The position numbers and the translations under genes were made by a program. The notes under the pieces were generated by a model. It was not told the origin of the DNA and searched no databases. It was given only the letters and a program-made list of their open reading frames with translations. This document shows, in pieces, positions 17,283 through 27,120 of a DNA stretch of 64,000 bases (position 1 is the stretch's first letter; each line of letters starts with the position of its first letter). Source of the DNA: Thermoguttaceae bacterium (GTDB lineage: Bacteria > Planctomycetota > Planctomycetia > Pirellulales > Thermoguttaceae); the NCBI GenBank assembly GCA_045599605.1, contig JAZRWE010000033.1, positions 85,687 through 149,686 on the forward strand, read 5' to 3'.

Positions 17283-18638
17283 ATGAAGTTTTGGGCTACT
17301 TTAGCCGCCGTCGCTCTTATGTGCGGTTCCGTCGCTTTCGCTCAACAACCCGGTCAAGCTCCTCGTGGCGGCATGATGCGCGCCCCGATGATGATGGGTA
17401 TGACCCAACCCGAACCGCTCTTCGGTGAAAATCTCGAAAACGGCGATTTCCCGGAAGGCGTTTGGTACCTCGACGAAGACGGTTGCCTCTGCGCGAAGAA
17501 AGACAACGTCATTTGGACGAAACAAAAGTACTCCGCTTACGTCTGCTCGTTCGAATTCAATCTTTCCGAACACACCAACGGCGGTTTCCTCATCCAATGC
17601 TCCGATAAGGACAACTGGATCCCCAATACGATCGAGATCCAACTTCTCGACGATTTCGGTCAAGAACCGGATTACCACACCTGCGGTTCTATCTACGGTT
17701 TCCAAGCTCCTCGCGAAAACGCGACGAAGAAGCCCGGCGAATGGAACAAGATGGTCGTAATGGTCAATGGTCGCGATATCACCGTCGTCCTCAACGACAA
17801 GTTCGTCAACCACATCAATACCGCTGAATGGACCGACAACGCTAAGAGCCCGGCCGGCACCGATATTGAAGAAAAATTCCATGGCCGCACCCTCGCGTCC
17901 TTCGAACCTTACGGCTACATCGGCTTCCAAGGTCTGCACGGCAACTCCCCGATGAAGATCCGCAACGCGGTCATCTCCCCCATCAAGAATGCCGATACCT
18001 CTCGCGAAGGTTGGGTCTCCCTCCTCGGCGATAAGCTCGAAAACGCTGAATTCGATCCCGAAGTTTGGTCTATCGACGACGAAGGCGTCCTCCACGCCAC
18101 CAAAGACGAAGTCATTTGGGCGAAAGATAAGTATGAAAACTTCTCTCTCGACTTCGAATACCAAGTTACCGAAAAGGCTAACTCCGGTATCGTTATCCAA
18201 TGCACCGACAAGGCCAACTGGATCCCCAACTCCTTCGAAGTCCAGATCTTCGATTCCTATGGTCGCGACGTCGATATGAGCGACTGCGGCGCTATCTATG
18301 GCCGTTGCGCTCCCGAATTCAACGCCTGCAAACCGGCCGGCGAATGGAACCACATGACCATCAACGTCATGGGTCCTCGTATCTCCGTCATCCTTAACGA
18401 CCAACTCACCACCGTTATGGATAAGCGCCAATGGACCGAAAAGGATAAGAATCCTGACGGTACCGAACCTTACGGCTGGCTCATCAACAAGGCCCCGGCT
18501 GAAACCGAAAACGCCGGTTTCATCGGTCTCCAAGGCCTCCACGCCGGTCAACCCGTTGTCTATCGCAACGTCAAGATCCGCAAGTTCGAATTCCCGCAAC
18601 GCGGTCAAGGCCAACGCGGCCAACGTCGCGGCAACTGA
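17283..18638 (+). CDS. secreted protein with two tandem DUF1080 (3-keto-disaccharide hydrolase / LamG-like) domains
   Basis: A signal peptide (MKFWATLAAVALMCGSVAFAQQ) leads the protein. Two internally repeated domains of about 200 aa each end with GFIGLQGLH...(V/I)xYRNVKI, which matches the DUF1080 C-terminal signature. Confidence 0.7.
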   Translation: MKFWATLAAVALMCGSVAFAQQPGQAPRGGMMRAPMMMGMTQPEPLFGENLENGDFPEGVWYLDEDGCLCAKKDNVIWTKQKYSAYVCSFEFNLSEHTNGGFLIQCSDKDNWIPNTIEIQLLDDFGQEPDYHTCGSIYGFQAPRENATKKPGEWNKMVVMVNGRDITVVLNDKFVNHINTAEWTDNAKSPAGTDIEEKFHGRTLASFEPYGYIGFQGLHGNSPMKIRNAVISPIKNADTSREGWVSLLGDKLENAEFDPEVWSIDDEGVLHATKDEVIWAKDKYENFSLDFEYQVTEKANSGIVIQCTDKANWIPNSFEVQIFDSYGRDVDMSDCGAIYGRCAPEFNACKPAGEWNHMTINVMGPRISVILNDQLTTVMDKRQWTEKDKNPDGTEPYGWLINKAPAETENAGFIGLQGLHAGQPVVYRNVKIRKFEFPQRGQGQRGQRRGN

Positions 18639-18689
18639 GTCCAACTCAGTTTAACGTCTTTCTCTGAACGACGTTAGATAAGAACAAAT

Positions 18690-18726
18690 GCGCGCTTCTT
18701 CGTCATCGAGGAAGCGCGTTTTTTTA
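18690..18726 (+). terminator. rho-independent terminator (CGCGCTTCTTCG-TCAT-CGAGGAAGCGCG followed by TTTTTTTA)
   Basis: A 12-bp stem containing one G-U pair is followed by a 7-T run, 52 bp after the DUF1080 gene stop. Confidence 0.65.
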
Positions 18727-18949
18727 TGTCTACATAAGTAGTTTATCGTAAGATAAGTCGTTTGCCGCAATGCTTTTATACGCGTTCAGAACTTTCGCGA
18801 GATCGAAGGCGTTGAGGACGCGTAAAGCGTGTTGAGGTATGCGTTAACGCGCTAACGCAATAAGCGCGGTTCGCGTTCCGTTTTGGAACAACGAGCGAGC
18901 GCAGAATATTTTTATATGCGTAAAGTAATGAAGCGAGCGTTCAAGAAAT

Positions 18950-18983
18950 GAAAAACCCGTGAAACTCTAACGAGCGTCACGGG
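18950..18983 (-). terminator. rho-independent terminator on the minus strand (CCCGTGA...TCACGGG hairpin; A-run on the + strand equals a U-run in the minus transcript)
   Basis: The hairpin spans 18956-18983 and the A-run spans 18950-18955. It lies downstream of the small minus-strand lipoprotein gene. Confidence 0.5.
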
Positions 18984-19039
18984 CCTCAATATGATCATCA
19001 GCCTAGAAAACTAGGCCGGCTAATCGACTTGCGTCAATC

Positions 19040-19273
19040 TCATTCAGCAGCGGCTTCAACTTCGACTTCAGCGTCGGCTTCAACAGCGTCGGCGTCGGCG
19101 GCAGCTTCTTCGGTAGCGGCGGCTTCGTCAGCGGCGGCTTCTTCGGTGGTGGCTTCTTCGGTAGCGGTAGCTTCAGCAGCGGGTTGATCGGCAGCTTTGT
19201 CGGCGGGTTTGCAGCCGAAAGAGCAGAACGTGGCGCAAGCGGCGACGAGCATCAAAGCGATGAACTTTTTCAT
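19040..19273 (-). CDS. small acidic Ala/Glu/Thr-rich lipoprotein (lipobox SFGC)
   Basis: The N-terminus MKKFIALMLVAACATFCSFGC is a lipoprotein signal. An SD (AAGGAAA) lies 8 nt upstream. The remainder of the protein is low complexity. Confidence 0.45.
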   Translation of the reverse strand: MKKFIALMLVAACATFCSFGCKPADKAADQPAAEATATEEATTEEAAADEAAATEEAAADADAVEADAEVEVEAAAE

Positions 19274-19572
19274 TTTAATTTCCTTTTAAAGCGCTTTGAA
19301 AATTGTGTCAGAACGAAATGTCCTGACGTAAATTCATATACTATATGATAAATCGAACTATTTTTTATTCAATACCTAGCGCTGTGTTTTTTCCCATTTT
19401 TTCCGATTATGCTCATTAAATCGCAGTCTGTTTAACGACTAGGCAAAATAAAGAAAATGCAAGAGTTACGCTTTGTCTTGTATCGTTTTATTGAGACAAA
19501 CGGTCTTCCGGCGCCACTTGTAAGTCTAGTATTTAGGCTAATATCGCGTTACTGCCGTCGCGTCGACGCGTT

Positions 19573-20448
19573 TTAATGTCGCTTGAACGGTAGGGATAGC
19601 GCGTAGAAGAGCGCGACGACGAGAATGATGACCGGACCGGTCGAGCAGTTGAGTTTCATGCTGAGCCAGATACCAAGCCAAGAACCGACGAAACATACGG
19701 CGATCGAAGCAAGGACCATCGAGCTAAGTCTTTTCGTGAACCTACTTGCCGTAGCGGCGGGCAACGTCAGTAACGCGACGATCATCGCCATACCGACTAG
19801 ACGCAGCATCAAGACGACCGCGATCGCCGTTAAGACGAGTAATAAGCGGTTTTGTCTGCCAACGTCGATACCGCGTAGGCCCGCAAATTCCTCGTCAAAA
19901 CAGACTGCTTCTAACTTCTTGAAATTCCCAAAGATCAACGCGACGATCAACGCGCCGAAAACACCCGCCATTACGACGTCGAAAGACGTTACAAGTAATA
20001 TCTCTCCAAAGAGATAGGTCGACGCCGAAGACGCGTTGCCGCTGACGCGCTCCAAAAAGAGTAGACCGAGCGCCATCCCGATGGCCCAGATCGCGCCTAA
20101 GAGCGTTTCTTCGCGTTCTTTAGCGTGTCGGCGTATCCAGTCGACGAGTAACGCCGCGAGTATGGCGAAGACCATGGCCGCCGCGACAGGATCGATCCAG
20201 CCGCTAATGCGTTGACATACGGCGAGTTCTTTGCCTTCTTCGGTAAAGAGCCCGATCAACCCCGCGCCAAATCCGGCTCTTATCAGTTGTTGTAACCATA
20301 ATCCAAAACCGACTCCGCCAAACGCGCAGTGCGAGACCGCGCCGGTGAGGTACCCAATGCGGCGAGCGACGACAAACGCGCCGATAGCTCCAAATGTTAC
20401 GCTAGCGACGGCGCTTAGAAGATATACGTTTTTCAAGAACTCGGGCAT
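19573..20448 (-). CDS. ABC-3 family metal (Zn/Mn) ABC transporter permease, ZnuB/MntB-like; the likely true start is the internal Met
   Basis: From MPEFLKNVYLLSAV onward the protein is typical of ZnuB/TroC permeases (GAIGAFVVARRIGYLTGAVSHCAFGGVG). The upstream 60 codons of the 351-aa ORF look non-coding. No cognate ATPase or substrate-binding protein gene is adjacent. Confidence 0.7.
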   Translation of the reverse strand: MPEFLKNVYLLSAVASVTFGAIGAFVVARRIGYLTGAVSHCAFGGVGFGLWLQQLIRAGFGAGLIGLFTEEGKELAVCQRISGWIDPVAAAMVFAILAALLVDWIRRHAKEREETLLGAIWAIGMALGLLFLERVSGNASSASTYLFGEILLVTSFDVVMAGVFGALIVALIFGNFKKLEAVCFDEEFAGLRGIDVGRQNRLLLVLTAIAVVLMLRLVGMAMIVALLTLPAATASRFTKRLSSMVLASIAVCFVGSWLGIWLSMKLNCSTGPVIILVVALFYALSLPFKRH

Positions 20449-20736
20449 TGCGGAACCGTTGATAAGTGAAGAGTGATTGCAAGCGTTTCGATAAGTTATG
20501 CGACGTCGATCGTTACGCGTCGGCAAAGACGCGGTTCGGCTTTGTACGCGAGAACTTGACGACGCAAATATTAACGCGACGACATAAATAGATATCGCGC
20601 GGTCATAAATCAAAAAAACGGGAGCCAACGATTGCGACGTAGCGCAACGGACTCCCGTTTCTTATTTCAACACGAACACTCGTAAAGCGTTACGGCGTTA
20701 CGAATATTCGATTCGGCGAATCTGATCGCCGTTTGA

Positions 20737-21753
20737 TCACATATTGCCCATACGATAGATGAGGTCCGCGGCGCGGTTGGAGTAACCCATTTCGTTGTCG
20801 TACCAGGACAGGATCTTGACGAGGTTGCCGCCGATGACCATGGTCCATTCGGGAACGAAGATGGAGGAGTAGGTTTGGCCGACGATGTCAGCGAGGACGA
20901 TCGGGTCTTCGCAGTAATCCAAGATGCCCTTCATCTTGTCGGATTGAGAAGCGGCCTTGACGGCGGCGTTGACTTCTTCAACGGTGACGTCTTTGGCGAG
21001 TTCGGCGACGAGGTCGACGATGGAGCCGGTCGGGGTCGGGACGCGGAGGGAGATACCGGTCAACTTACCATTGACGGACGGGATGACAAGGCCGACAGCC
21101 TTGGCGGCGCCGGTGGTCGTCGGGATGATGTTGACGGAAGCGGCGCGACCGCGGTAGATGTTCTTGTAGGGGCGGTCAAGCGTGACTTGGTCGTTCGTGA
21201 AGGAGTGGACCGTGGTCATCAAACCCTTGACGATACCGAAGTTGTCGTTGAGGACCTTGGCGACCGGCGCGAGGCAGTTGGTCGTGCAGGAAGCGTTGGA
21301 GACGTATTTCTTGTCGGCGGTGAGTTCTTCGTCGTTGACGCCGAGAACGCACGTGAAGACGTCGTCGCCCTTAGCGGGAGCGGAGATGACGACCTTGTCG
21401 ACATTGTGGCTGTCATAGCCTTCTTTGTCTTCGGTGGAGTGAGCGGTGAAGAAACCGGTGGATTCGAGGACGATCTTGGCGCCGAGTTCTTTCCACGGGA
21501 TGCAGGACGGGTTTCTTTCAGCGGTGACCGGGATGGTCTTGCCGTTGACGATGAGGTTCTTTTCATCGTAATCGACGGTGCCGTCGAAGCGACCTTGCGA
21601 AGAGTCGTACTTGAGAAGGAGAGCCAACGTTTTCGTATCGGTCAAGTCGTTGATACCGACGACGTTGTACTTTTCCGGAGCCTTCGCCATTTGACGGAAG
21701 ACGATACGACCAATACGACCGAAACCATTAATACCAACATTAACAGCAGCCAC
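20737..21753 (-). CDS. gap: glyceraldehyde-3-phosphate dehydrogenase
   Basis: It carries NGFGRIGR, the active-site SCTTNCLAP, and full-length conservation over 338 aa. Confidence 0.95.
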   Translation of the reverse strand: MAAVNVGINGFGRIGRIVFRQMAKAPEKYNVVGINDLTDTKTLALLLKYDSSQGRFDGTVDYDEKNLIVNGKTIPVTAERNPSCIPWKELGAKIVLESTGFFTAHSTEDKEGYDSHNVDKVVISAPAKGDDVFTCVLGVNDEELTADKKYVSNASCTTNCLAPVAKVLNDNFGIVKGLMTTVHSFTNDQVTLDRPYKNIYRGRAASVNIIPTTTGAAKAVGLVIPSVNGKLTGISLRVPTPTGSIVDLVAELAKDVTVEEVNAAVKAASQSDKMKGILDYCEDPIVLADIVGQTYSSIFVPEWTMVIGGNLVKILSWYDNEMGYSNRAADLIYRMGNM

Positions 21754-22044
21754 AGTAAACTCCTTGATTGGTTAAAATAACCTTTTATATGAATCGTCTT
21801 CCATTTTTAGCGCGGAAAACCAGGACGCTTCCGGCTTGTGAAAAGACGGAACAATTATCGTGATCGCTCGCGGAGAGGCCTATCGGCTCTTTCCGCCCGA
21901 TTAGATAAAATCGTTCTCATTATAGGCGTCCGCGCCCCTTCTTCAAGCCCTAGGAACGCTGTTTTAGAATAAAATCTCAAAATTTTCAATTTTTTGCAAA
22001 TATTGAAATTGTTTGAATTACCTATTTTAACTAGTGTGAAAACG

Positions 22045-22093
22045 AAGAACGCCGAGCGCTCGTAGGAGACTCGGCGTGTTCTTGTGTTTTCTT
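22045..22093 (-). terminator. hairpin terminator downstream of the Nif3-like gene (AAGAACGCCGAG...CTCGGCGTGTTCTT), possibly bidirectional
   Basis: A stem of about 12 bp spans 22045-22083. It is flanked by an A-rich run on the left and a T-rich run (GTGTTTTCTT) on the right. Confidence 0.4.
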
Positions 22094-22161
22094 ATTGAGA
22101 AATTACGTTTTGCGTCTACGTTTTTGAAGTATTGCGCGCGCGAAACGTTCTTTTCCAACTT

Positions 22162-23049
22162 TCATACGACGCGGATGGGGTCGCTTTCTTTTTCGCTAGC
22201 GCAAACTTTGAGGCCGGGGAACTTGCGCGCGATACGATCCGCCATGATGCACATGGAGAAGCGTTCGGTGGCGTAGTGCCCGGCGAGGACCATGCCGAGA
22301 CCGCGAGCGCGACCTTCGAGACACGCGTGGAAGCGAGATTCGCCTAAGAGCAGCGCGTCGGCGCCTTCTTTCGCGGCTTGTTCCACAAATTCGTCGGCGG
22401 CGCCGCAACCGATGGCGACTTTACGAACGACGCGATTGTCGTCCCCTTCGACGAGGAGGCGTTCGATCTGGAGCATATCTTTGATCTGCGCGACAAGTTC
22501 CGAGAATTTCTTCGGTTTGGCGAAACGTCCAACGCGGCCCGTACCGAGAATCGACGCTTGTTTGTTCGCGTCTTTCTTGTCGTTGGCGGCGTACAGTTCG
22601 CGTTCCATCTCCGCGGCGTCGACGGGGTCGAGACCGTCGAGCATCTCTCTTGTCGCGGCGATCTTGCCGGGATAGAGCGGCTTCACGTCGATGAGACCGA
22701 GCCCTTCCGCAAGTTGGCGATTGACGCCGAAGAACGCGGAATCATGCGCGGTGTGAGGGCTATAGACGGCGATCTTCGCGCCGGCGAGTTTGAGCAACAG
22801 TTCGCCGTCGGGCGTGTCGGTCGTCCATTTTTTAGCGGCGTGGAACGGGAAGGGGTGATGCGAGACGATGCAGTCGACTTTCTTCTCGATCGCTTCTTCG
22901 ACGACGGCGCGATCGATCGTCAAGCAGGTCATGACGGAACCGACCTCTTGATTGCGATCCCCGAGAGACAATCCGACGTTGTCCCAATCCTCGGCGAGTT
23001 CTAGCGGACAGATTTTTTCAAGGTATTCGATCAGCGATTGCAGCTGCAT
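22162..23049 (-). CDS. Nif3-family dinuclear metal center protein (YbgI/YqfO-like)
   Basis: It carries DWDNVGLSLG, VSHHP, and GHYATER near the C-terminus. The length (295 aa) is typical of the Nif3/YbgI family. Confidence 0.85.
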   Translation of the reverse strand: MQLQSLIEYLEKICPLELAEDWDNVGLSLGDRNQEVGSVMTCLTIDRAVVEEAIEKKVDCIVSHHPFPFHAAKKWTTDTPDGELLLKLAGAKIAVYSPHTAHDSAFFGVNRQLAEGLGLIDVKPLYPGKIAATREMLDGLDPVDAAEMERELYAANDKKDANKQASILGTGRVGRFAKPKKFSELVAQIKDMLQIERLLVEGDDNRVVRKVAIGCGAADEFVEQAAKEGADALLLGESRFHACLEGRARGLGMVLAGHYATERFSMCIMADRIARKFPGLKVCASEKESDPIRVV

Positions 23050-23220
23050 GACGGGGTCCTTAGATTATGACCGGATATGATAAATAATAACATAATAAAA
23101 CGATAAGGCGGGAAAACGCGTCCCCTTTACAATCGTTTCTCGCGCCATTATACTAAATGATAATGATTTTTACTAGTAGCGCGCGGCTTTTTTCATAAAG
23201 ACGCCGATCGACCCGCGCGC

Positions 23221-24297
23221 TTGACGTCGATCCAACCATTTTTTAGAGAGCTCGCCGCCATGACGTCCAAAGACACGACGATCGCCTCTCGCGTTCCCGG
23301 GCGCGCCGCGTTATTCAGCTTCGCGGCGTTCGTCTTGTCGTTATGCGCGCTCTCGGTCTTGGAATCCGCTTATTGGAACGATCGACTCTCGCCCGAGGCG
23401 TTTGAACGCGCCTCCGCTCGATATCTCGTTTCCGGCGAACTTGCGTCGCGCGTTTCATGCGACGACGCTATCTTACCCGCCGCTCTTGACGACCGACTTC
23501 TCGATTCCGCGTCGAAGTACGCGCGTTTTCACGGCTCCGACGCGACGACGTTGCAAACGATCGCCGTCGGACTCGCGCGTTGGGGCGTCGACTCCGAGAA
23601 AACGCGCGACGCGTTAGGCGCTCCTACGGCGGAGACCGACTGCGCGAGATACGATTTCGTCGAAGCGCGATTCCGCGATTCGTTGGCCTCGCTTGACGCG
23701 AAAGACGCGCTGAACGCTATGGAGTCCGTCGATTCCCTCAACGACGCCAATCTGGCTGCCGCGCTCGATTTTCTTAACGCGTTAGACCCTTCGTCAGACG
23801 AATATCATAACGAATATGAAAACGAAAATCATAACGGAAATGATAATGGTTATGATAATAGATATGGTTATGAATATCGATATCGTTTTCATAATGAAAA
23901 CGGAAACGATAACGCAAGAGTCTATCTGTCGACCGCGGCGGTCGAGGGGAGCGATCCTATCGATTCCGTCCTCGTCGTATCTTCCGACGATATAATACCT
24001 TGTGAATACGCGATCTACGCGCGTCGCGCCTGCGAGGCGTCTTCGCGACTCTTCTTCTTACTTGCGTTGGGAACGTTGTTCTATCTCCCTGCCGCGTCGA
24101 GAATTAGCGATTCAGCGTTCGGCGTCGTTTACGGCGTCGCGAGTATCGTTCGCGCGATCGAGGAATACTTGAAACGTCTTAACGAGGCGTCGACGCGATT
24201 TCTCGCGATGATTCGCGTCTATCTTGTTGCCAATACTCGTCTTTTGAAAAACTCAAACGCTTTGGACGCGCTTGAGTCCGTACGTCTTTTGATCTGA
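23221..24297 (+). CDS. hypothetical protein with an N-terminal TM segment and an internal Asn/Tyr/Glu-rich low-complexity stretch
   Basis: The ORF is 358 aa with GC-typical codon usage. One hydrophobic segment (LFSFAAFVLSLCALSVL) is present. The low-complexity run is YHNEYENENHNGNDNGYDNRYGYEYRYRFHNENGNDN. The start is uncertain. Confidence 0.4.
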   Translation: MTSIQPFFRELAAMTSKDTTIASRVPGRAALFSFAAFVLSLCALSVLESAYWNDRLSPEAFERASARYLVSGELASRVSCDDAILPAALDDRLLDSASKYARFHGSDATTLQTIAVGLARWGVDSEKTRDALGAPTAETDCARYDFVEARFRDSLASLDAKDALNAMESVDSLNDANLAAALDFLNALDPSSDEYHNEYENENHNGNDNGYDNRYGYEYRYRFHNENGNDNARVYLSTAAVEGSDPIDSVLVVSSDDIIPCEYAIYARRACEASSRLFFLLALGTLFYLPAASRISDSAFGVVYGVASIVRAIEEYLKRLNEASTRFLAMIRVYLVANTRLLKNSNALDALESVRLLI

Positions 24298-24438
24298 TCG
24301 TCGACAGCTTGGATCGACGTCAAATTCTTCGTTTTTTTGTTCCAAATTTTTCTGTTCCAAAATGGAACGCAAAATGCGGATCTTGTCTTTAGTATTTATT
24401 TATTAATTAATAAACAAATTAATTAAACAAACAAACAA

Positions 24439-25446
24439 ATGAAAGATCGTTTTGGTTTTACTTTGGTAGAACTTTTAGTCGTTATCGCGATAATCGGAAT
24501 TCTGATCGGCTTGCTGTTGCCCGCCGTTCAAGCCGCTCGCGAAGCCGCTAGGAGGATGCAATGCCAAAACAACGTTAAGCAGTGGTGCTTAGCGTTGACG
24601 AATTACGCAGACGCGACGCTCGCGTTTCCGACGTTCACGAGCTGGGGAAACAGCGTAAGCGCGGGAACGACCGGACTCAATACCGGTTTTTCGATCCATG
24701 CGCGCATCTTGCCGTACATCGAGCAAGGTTCGTTTATGCTCGGGATAGATTTCGGCGACTACGACAAGTATCGCCTCTGGGCCAATCAGTCCGCGATCAA
24801 TTCCGCGCTCTTTGAGAAATGCGATTTCCCTTGCGCGACGCTGTGGTGTCCTAGCGAAGACCAGGAAAAAAAGGCGTTGCAACCGCGCAACGACAACTTG
24901 TACTGCAATAACGTGAACTACGTGTTCTGTTCCGGAACAAGCGTAGGGCGCGCGAACAACCTTGACGGGCTCATGAACGACGGGACGTTTCGTTACGCGC
25001 AGACGACGTTTGCGACGCTCGTCGACGGGACCTCGAACACGATGGTCGTCTCGGAAGCGCGTATGCAGCTTGCCGCGTTTTCCGACGCCGAGAAGACTAT
25101 GGATCGCATGAGCGTTTTAGGCGAGGGGACTTGCGAGTCGTATATCGACCCCGACTTGACGGCGATGCGTTCTCAAGCGTCGTTGACGCACCGCGGTTCG
25201 CCGTGGCTTGCGGGCAGACATTACGCGACCGGGTATTCCGCGTACTCCGCGCCTAACGCGAAAGTTCCGGGGATATGGCTGCGCGGATCGGAATTGCTGT
25301 TCGAGGGCGCGGCGTCGAATCATCCGGGCATAGTCGTCGTGGGATACGCCGACGGCAGCGCGCATATCGTCTCCGAGACGATCGCGCTAGACGTTTGGCG
25401 CGCCGCCGCGACCGCCGCGGGGGGAGAGACCGTCTCCGCGCTGTGA
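24439..25446 (+). CDS. DUF1559 (H-X9-DG) domain protein with prepilin-type N-terminal cleavage/methylation motif
   Basis: The N-terminus is MKDRFGFTLVELLVVIAIIGILIGLLLPAVQAAREAARRMQCQNN, which matches the stereotyped start of the large Planctomycete DUF1559 family. An HxxxxxxxxxDG-like element lies near the C-terminus (YADGSAH). Confidence 0.85.
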   Translation: MKDRFGFTLVELLVVIAIIGILIGLLLPAVQAAREAARRMQCQNNVKQWCLALTNYADATLAFPTFTSWGNSVSAGTTGLNTGFSIHARILPYIEQGSFMLGIDFGDYDKYRLWANQSAINSALFEKCDFPCATLWCPSEDQEKKALQPRNDNLYCNNVNYVFCSGTSVGRANNLDGLMNDGTFRYAQTTFATLVDGTSNTMVVSEARMQLAAFSDAEKTMDRMSVLGEGTCESYIDPDLTAMRSQASLTHRGSPWLAGRHYATGYSAYSAPNAKVPGIWLRGSELLFEGAASNHPGIVVVGYADGSAHIVSETIALDVWRAAATAAGGETVSAL

Positions 25447-25496
25447 GCTCGTCTCCGGTATTTTTTTAAGAAATTTTTTTAGAAATCACGAATGAA

Positions 25497-27101
25497 ATGA
25501 AAAATATTTACAATCTTTTACTTGTTGCCGGCGCTTGCGCGTCGTTATGCGTTCCCGCCGTTTACGCTCAGAAGCCGAGCGACGCCGAGAAGCCCGCGAA
25601 GAGGTCGTTCTTCTCGTTCGACACGATGGTCGACGCGTTTCGCACCAAAGACGGCAAGATCGACGTTTCCAACCTCCCCGAGTTCTTTATGCCGGAACGC
25701 GTGGTGACGGCGATCAAAAAAGCGGATAAAGACAAAAACGGACTCATCGACGCCGAAGAAGAAAAAGTCTTGCGCGCGCTCTTCCAAGACGAAAAGAAAG
25801 CCGCCGGTTCCGAGACTCGACCCGCGACTACGTCTAACGCCCAAAGTAACTCCCAAACTAACGCGCGCGGAGGTCGGCCCGCTAGCGCGGCGGGACAAAG
25901 CGGCGGCGCCGGACAAGGCGCGAACGGTCGCGGAGGCATGGGCGGCCCCGGCGGTCCGGGTATGGGCGGTCGCGGAGGTAACGGCGGCCCCGGCGCGTCC
26001 GCGCAAGTATCGCCCGCAAAGAAGATGCGCAGCGAGTTGAGCAAGGAAGAGAAAGCCGACCTCGAAGCGTTGCGCGTGAAGATGATCGACGACGGCGTGA
26101 AGCGGCTTGCCAAGTCGCAGGGCGAAAACGGTTCGTTCTCTGCGTCTCCTCGCGCCGGTATCGGTCCTACGCTCATCGACGCCATCGGGCTATTGCGCGT
26201 CGGCGTGAAGTTGGACGAGCCCGTCTTGGCCAACGCGATGAAATTCCTGGAAGCGTCGGTCCACGACGACGGCGGCGTCTATTCCGAGGGGATGCATCTT
26301 TCGTCGTACGAATCCTGCTTGGGTCTTGTGTGCTTCATGCTCGCCAACGAGCAAGCCGGCGACGGGCGTTACGACGAGGTCGTGAAGAACGCGGAACGTT
26401 TTGTTCGCGGGTCGCAGTACAACGAGTCGACCGGCGTTTCTCGCGAAGACGAGTATTTTGGCGGGGTAGGTTACGGCGCGGATAGTTCGTCGCGTCCCGA
26501 CCTCTCCAACACGCAGTTCTTTATCGAAGCGTTGCGCGAGATCGGCGTCGAGGAAGACGACCAAGCGATCCAAGACGCGCTCGTCTTCGTTTCGCGTTGC
26601 CAGAACCTCGAATCGGAACACAACGCTAGCGGGCAAGTCAAGACGAACGACGGCGGATTTATCTACACGTTCGTCGACGGCGAAGAGAACCCCGCCGGAC
26701 AGGAAGTCAGCGGCGGGCTGCGAAGCTACGGCAGCATCACCTACGCCGGACTCAAAAGCCTGATCTACGCCGGCTTGAAAGCCGACGACCCGCGCGTTGA
26801 CGCCGCGACGGGATGGATCAAAGAAAATTATTCGATGGAACAGAATCCCGGGTTGGGAAAACGCGGTCTGTATTACTATTATCATACGTTGTCGAAGTGC
26901 TTTAAAGTCATCGGCGACGAGACGATCGTCGACGCGAAAGGCGTCGAACATAACTGGCGTTCGGAGTTGATCGAGACGCTTGCGCTCGCGGAAAACGCGG
27001 ACGGTTCTTGGGTCAACGAGGATCGCATGTGGATGGAGACGGACGCTAATCTTGTCACGGGCTACGTCTTGATCGTTTTATCTTATTGCTCTAAAGAATG
27101 A
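25497..27101 (+). CDS. secreted protein with an N-terminal EF-hand calcium-binding loop, a Gly/Arg-rich linker and a prenyltransferase/squalene-oxidase-like alpha/alpha-toroid repeat domain
   Basis: A signal peptide is present (LLLVAGACASLCVPAVYAQ). A canonical EF-hand loop follows (DKDKNGLIDAEE). Recurring Q/W-type motifs (SQGENGSF, SQYNESTGV, CQNLESEHNASG, ENADGSWVNE) are spaced as in terpene-cyclase/prenyltransferase beta-subunit repeats. Confidence 0.5.
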   Translation: MKNIYNLLLVAGACASLCVPAVYAQKPSDAEKPAKRSFFSFDTMVDAFRTKDGKIDVSNLPEFFMPERVVTAIKKADKDKNGLIDAEEEKVLRALFQDEKKAAGSETRPATTSNAQSNSQTNARGGRPASAAGQSGGAGQGANGRGGMGGPGGPGMGGRGGNGGPGASAQVSPAKKMRSELSKEEKADLEALRVKMIDDGVKRLAKSQGENGSFSASPRAGIGPTLIDAIGLLRVGVKLDEPVLANAMKFLEASVHDDGGVYSEGMHLSSYESCLGLVCFMLANEQAGDGRYDEVVKNAERFVRGSQYNESTGVSREDEYFGGVGYGADSSSRPDLSNTQFFIEALREIGVEEDDQAIQDALVFVSRCQNLESEHNASGQVKTNDGGFIYTFVDGEENPAGQEVSGGLRSYGSITYAGLKSLIYAGLKADDPRVDAATGWIKENYSMEQNPGLGKRGLYYYYHTLSKCFKVIGDETIVDAKGVEHNWRSELIETLALAENADGSWVNEDRMWMETDANLVTGYVLIVLSYCSKE

Positions 27102-27120
27102 TATTTACGAAAGGTCTTTA

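Noticed and set aside
17301-18644. 447-aa ORF on the minus strand fully overlapping the DUF1080 gene. Similar long antisense ORFs occur at 20875-21780 (opposite gap), 31235-32818 (opposite flotillin), 37111-38493 (opposite rhaA), 44508-45941 (opposite the repeat protein) and 48986-51649 (opposite alaS).
   Set aside because: These are typical stop-codon-poor antisense frames of a high-GC genome. Each overlaps a confidently identified gene with strong family signatures, and their translations are low complexity (Arg/Val/Asp-rich) with no recognisable motifs.
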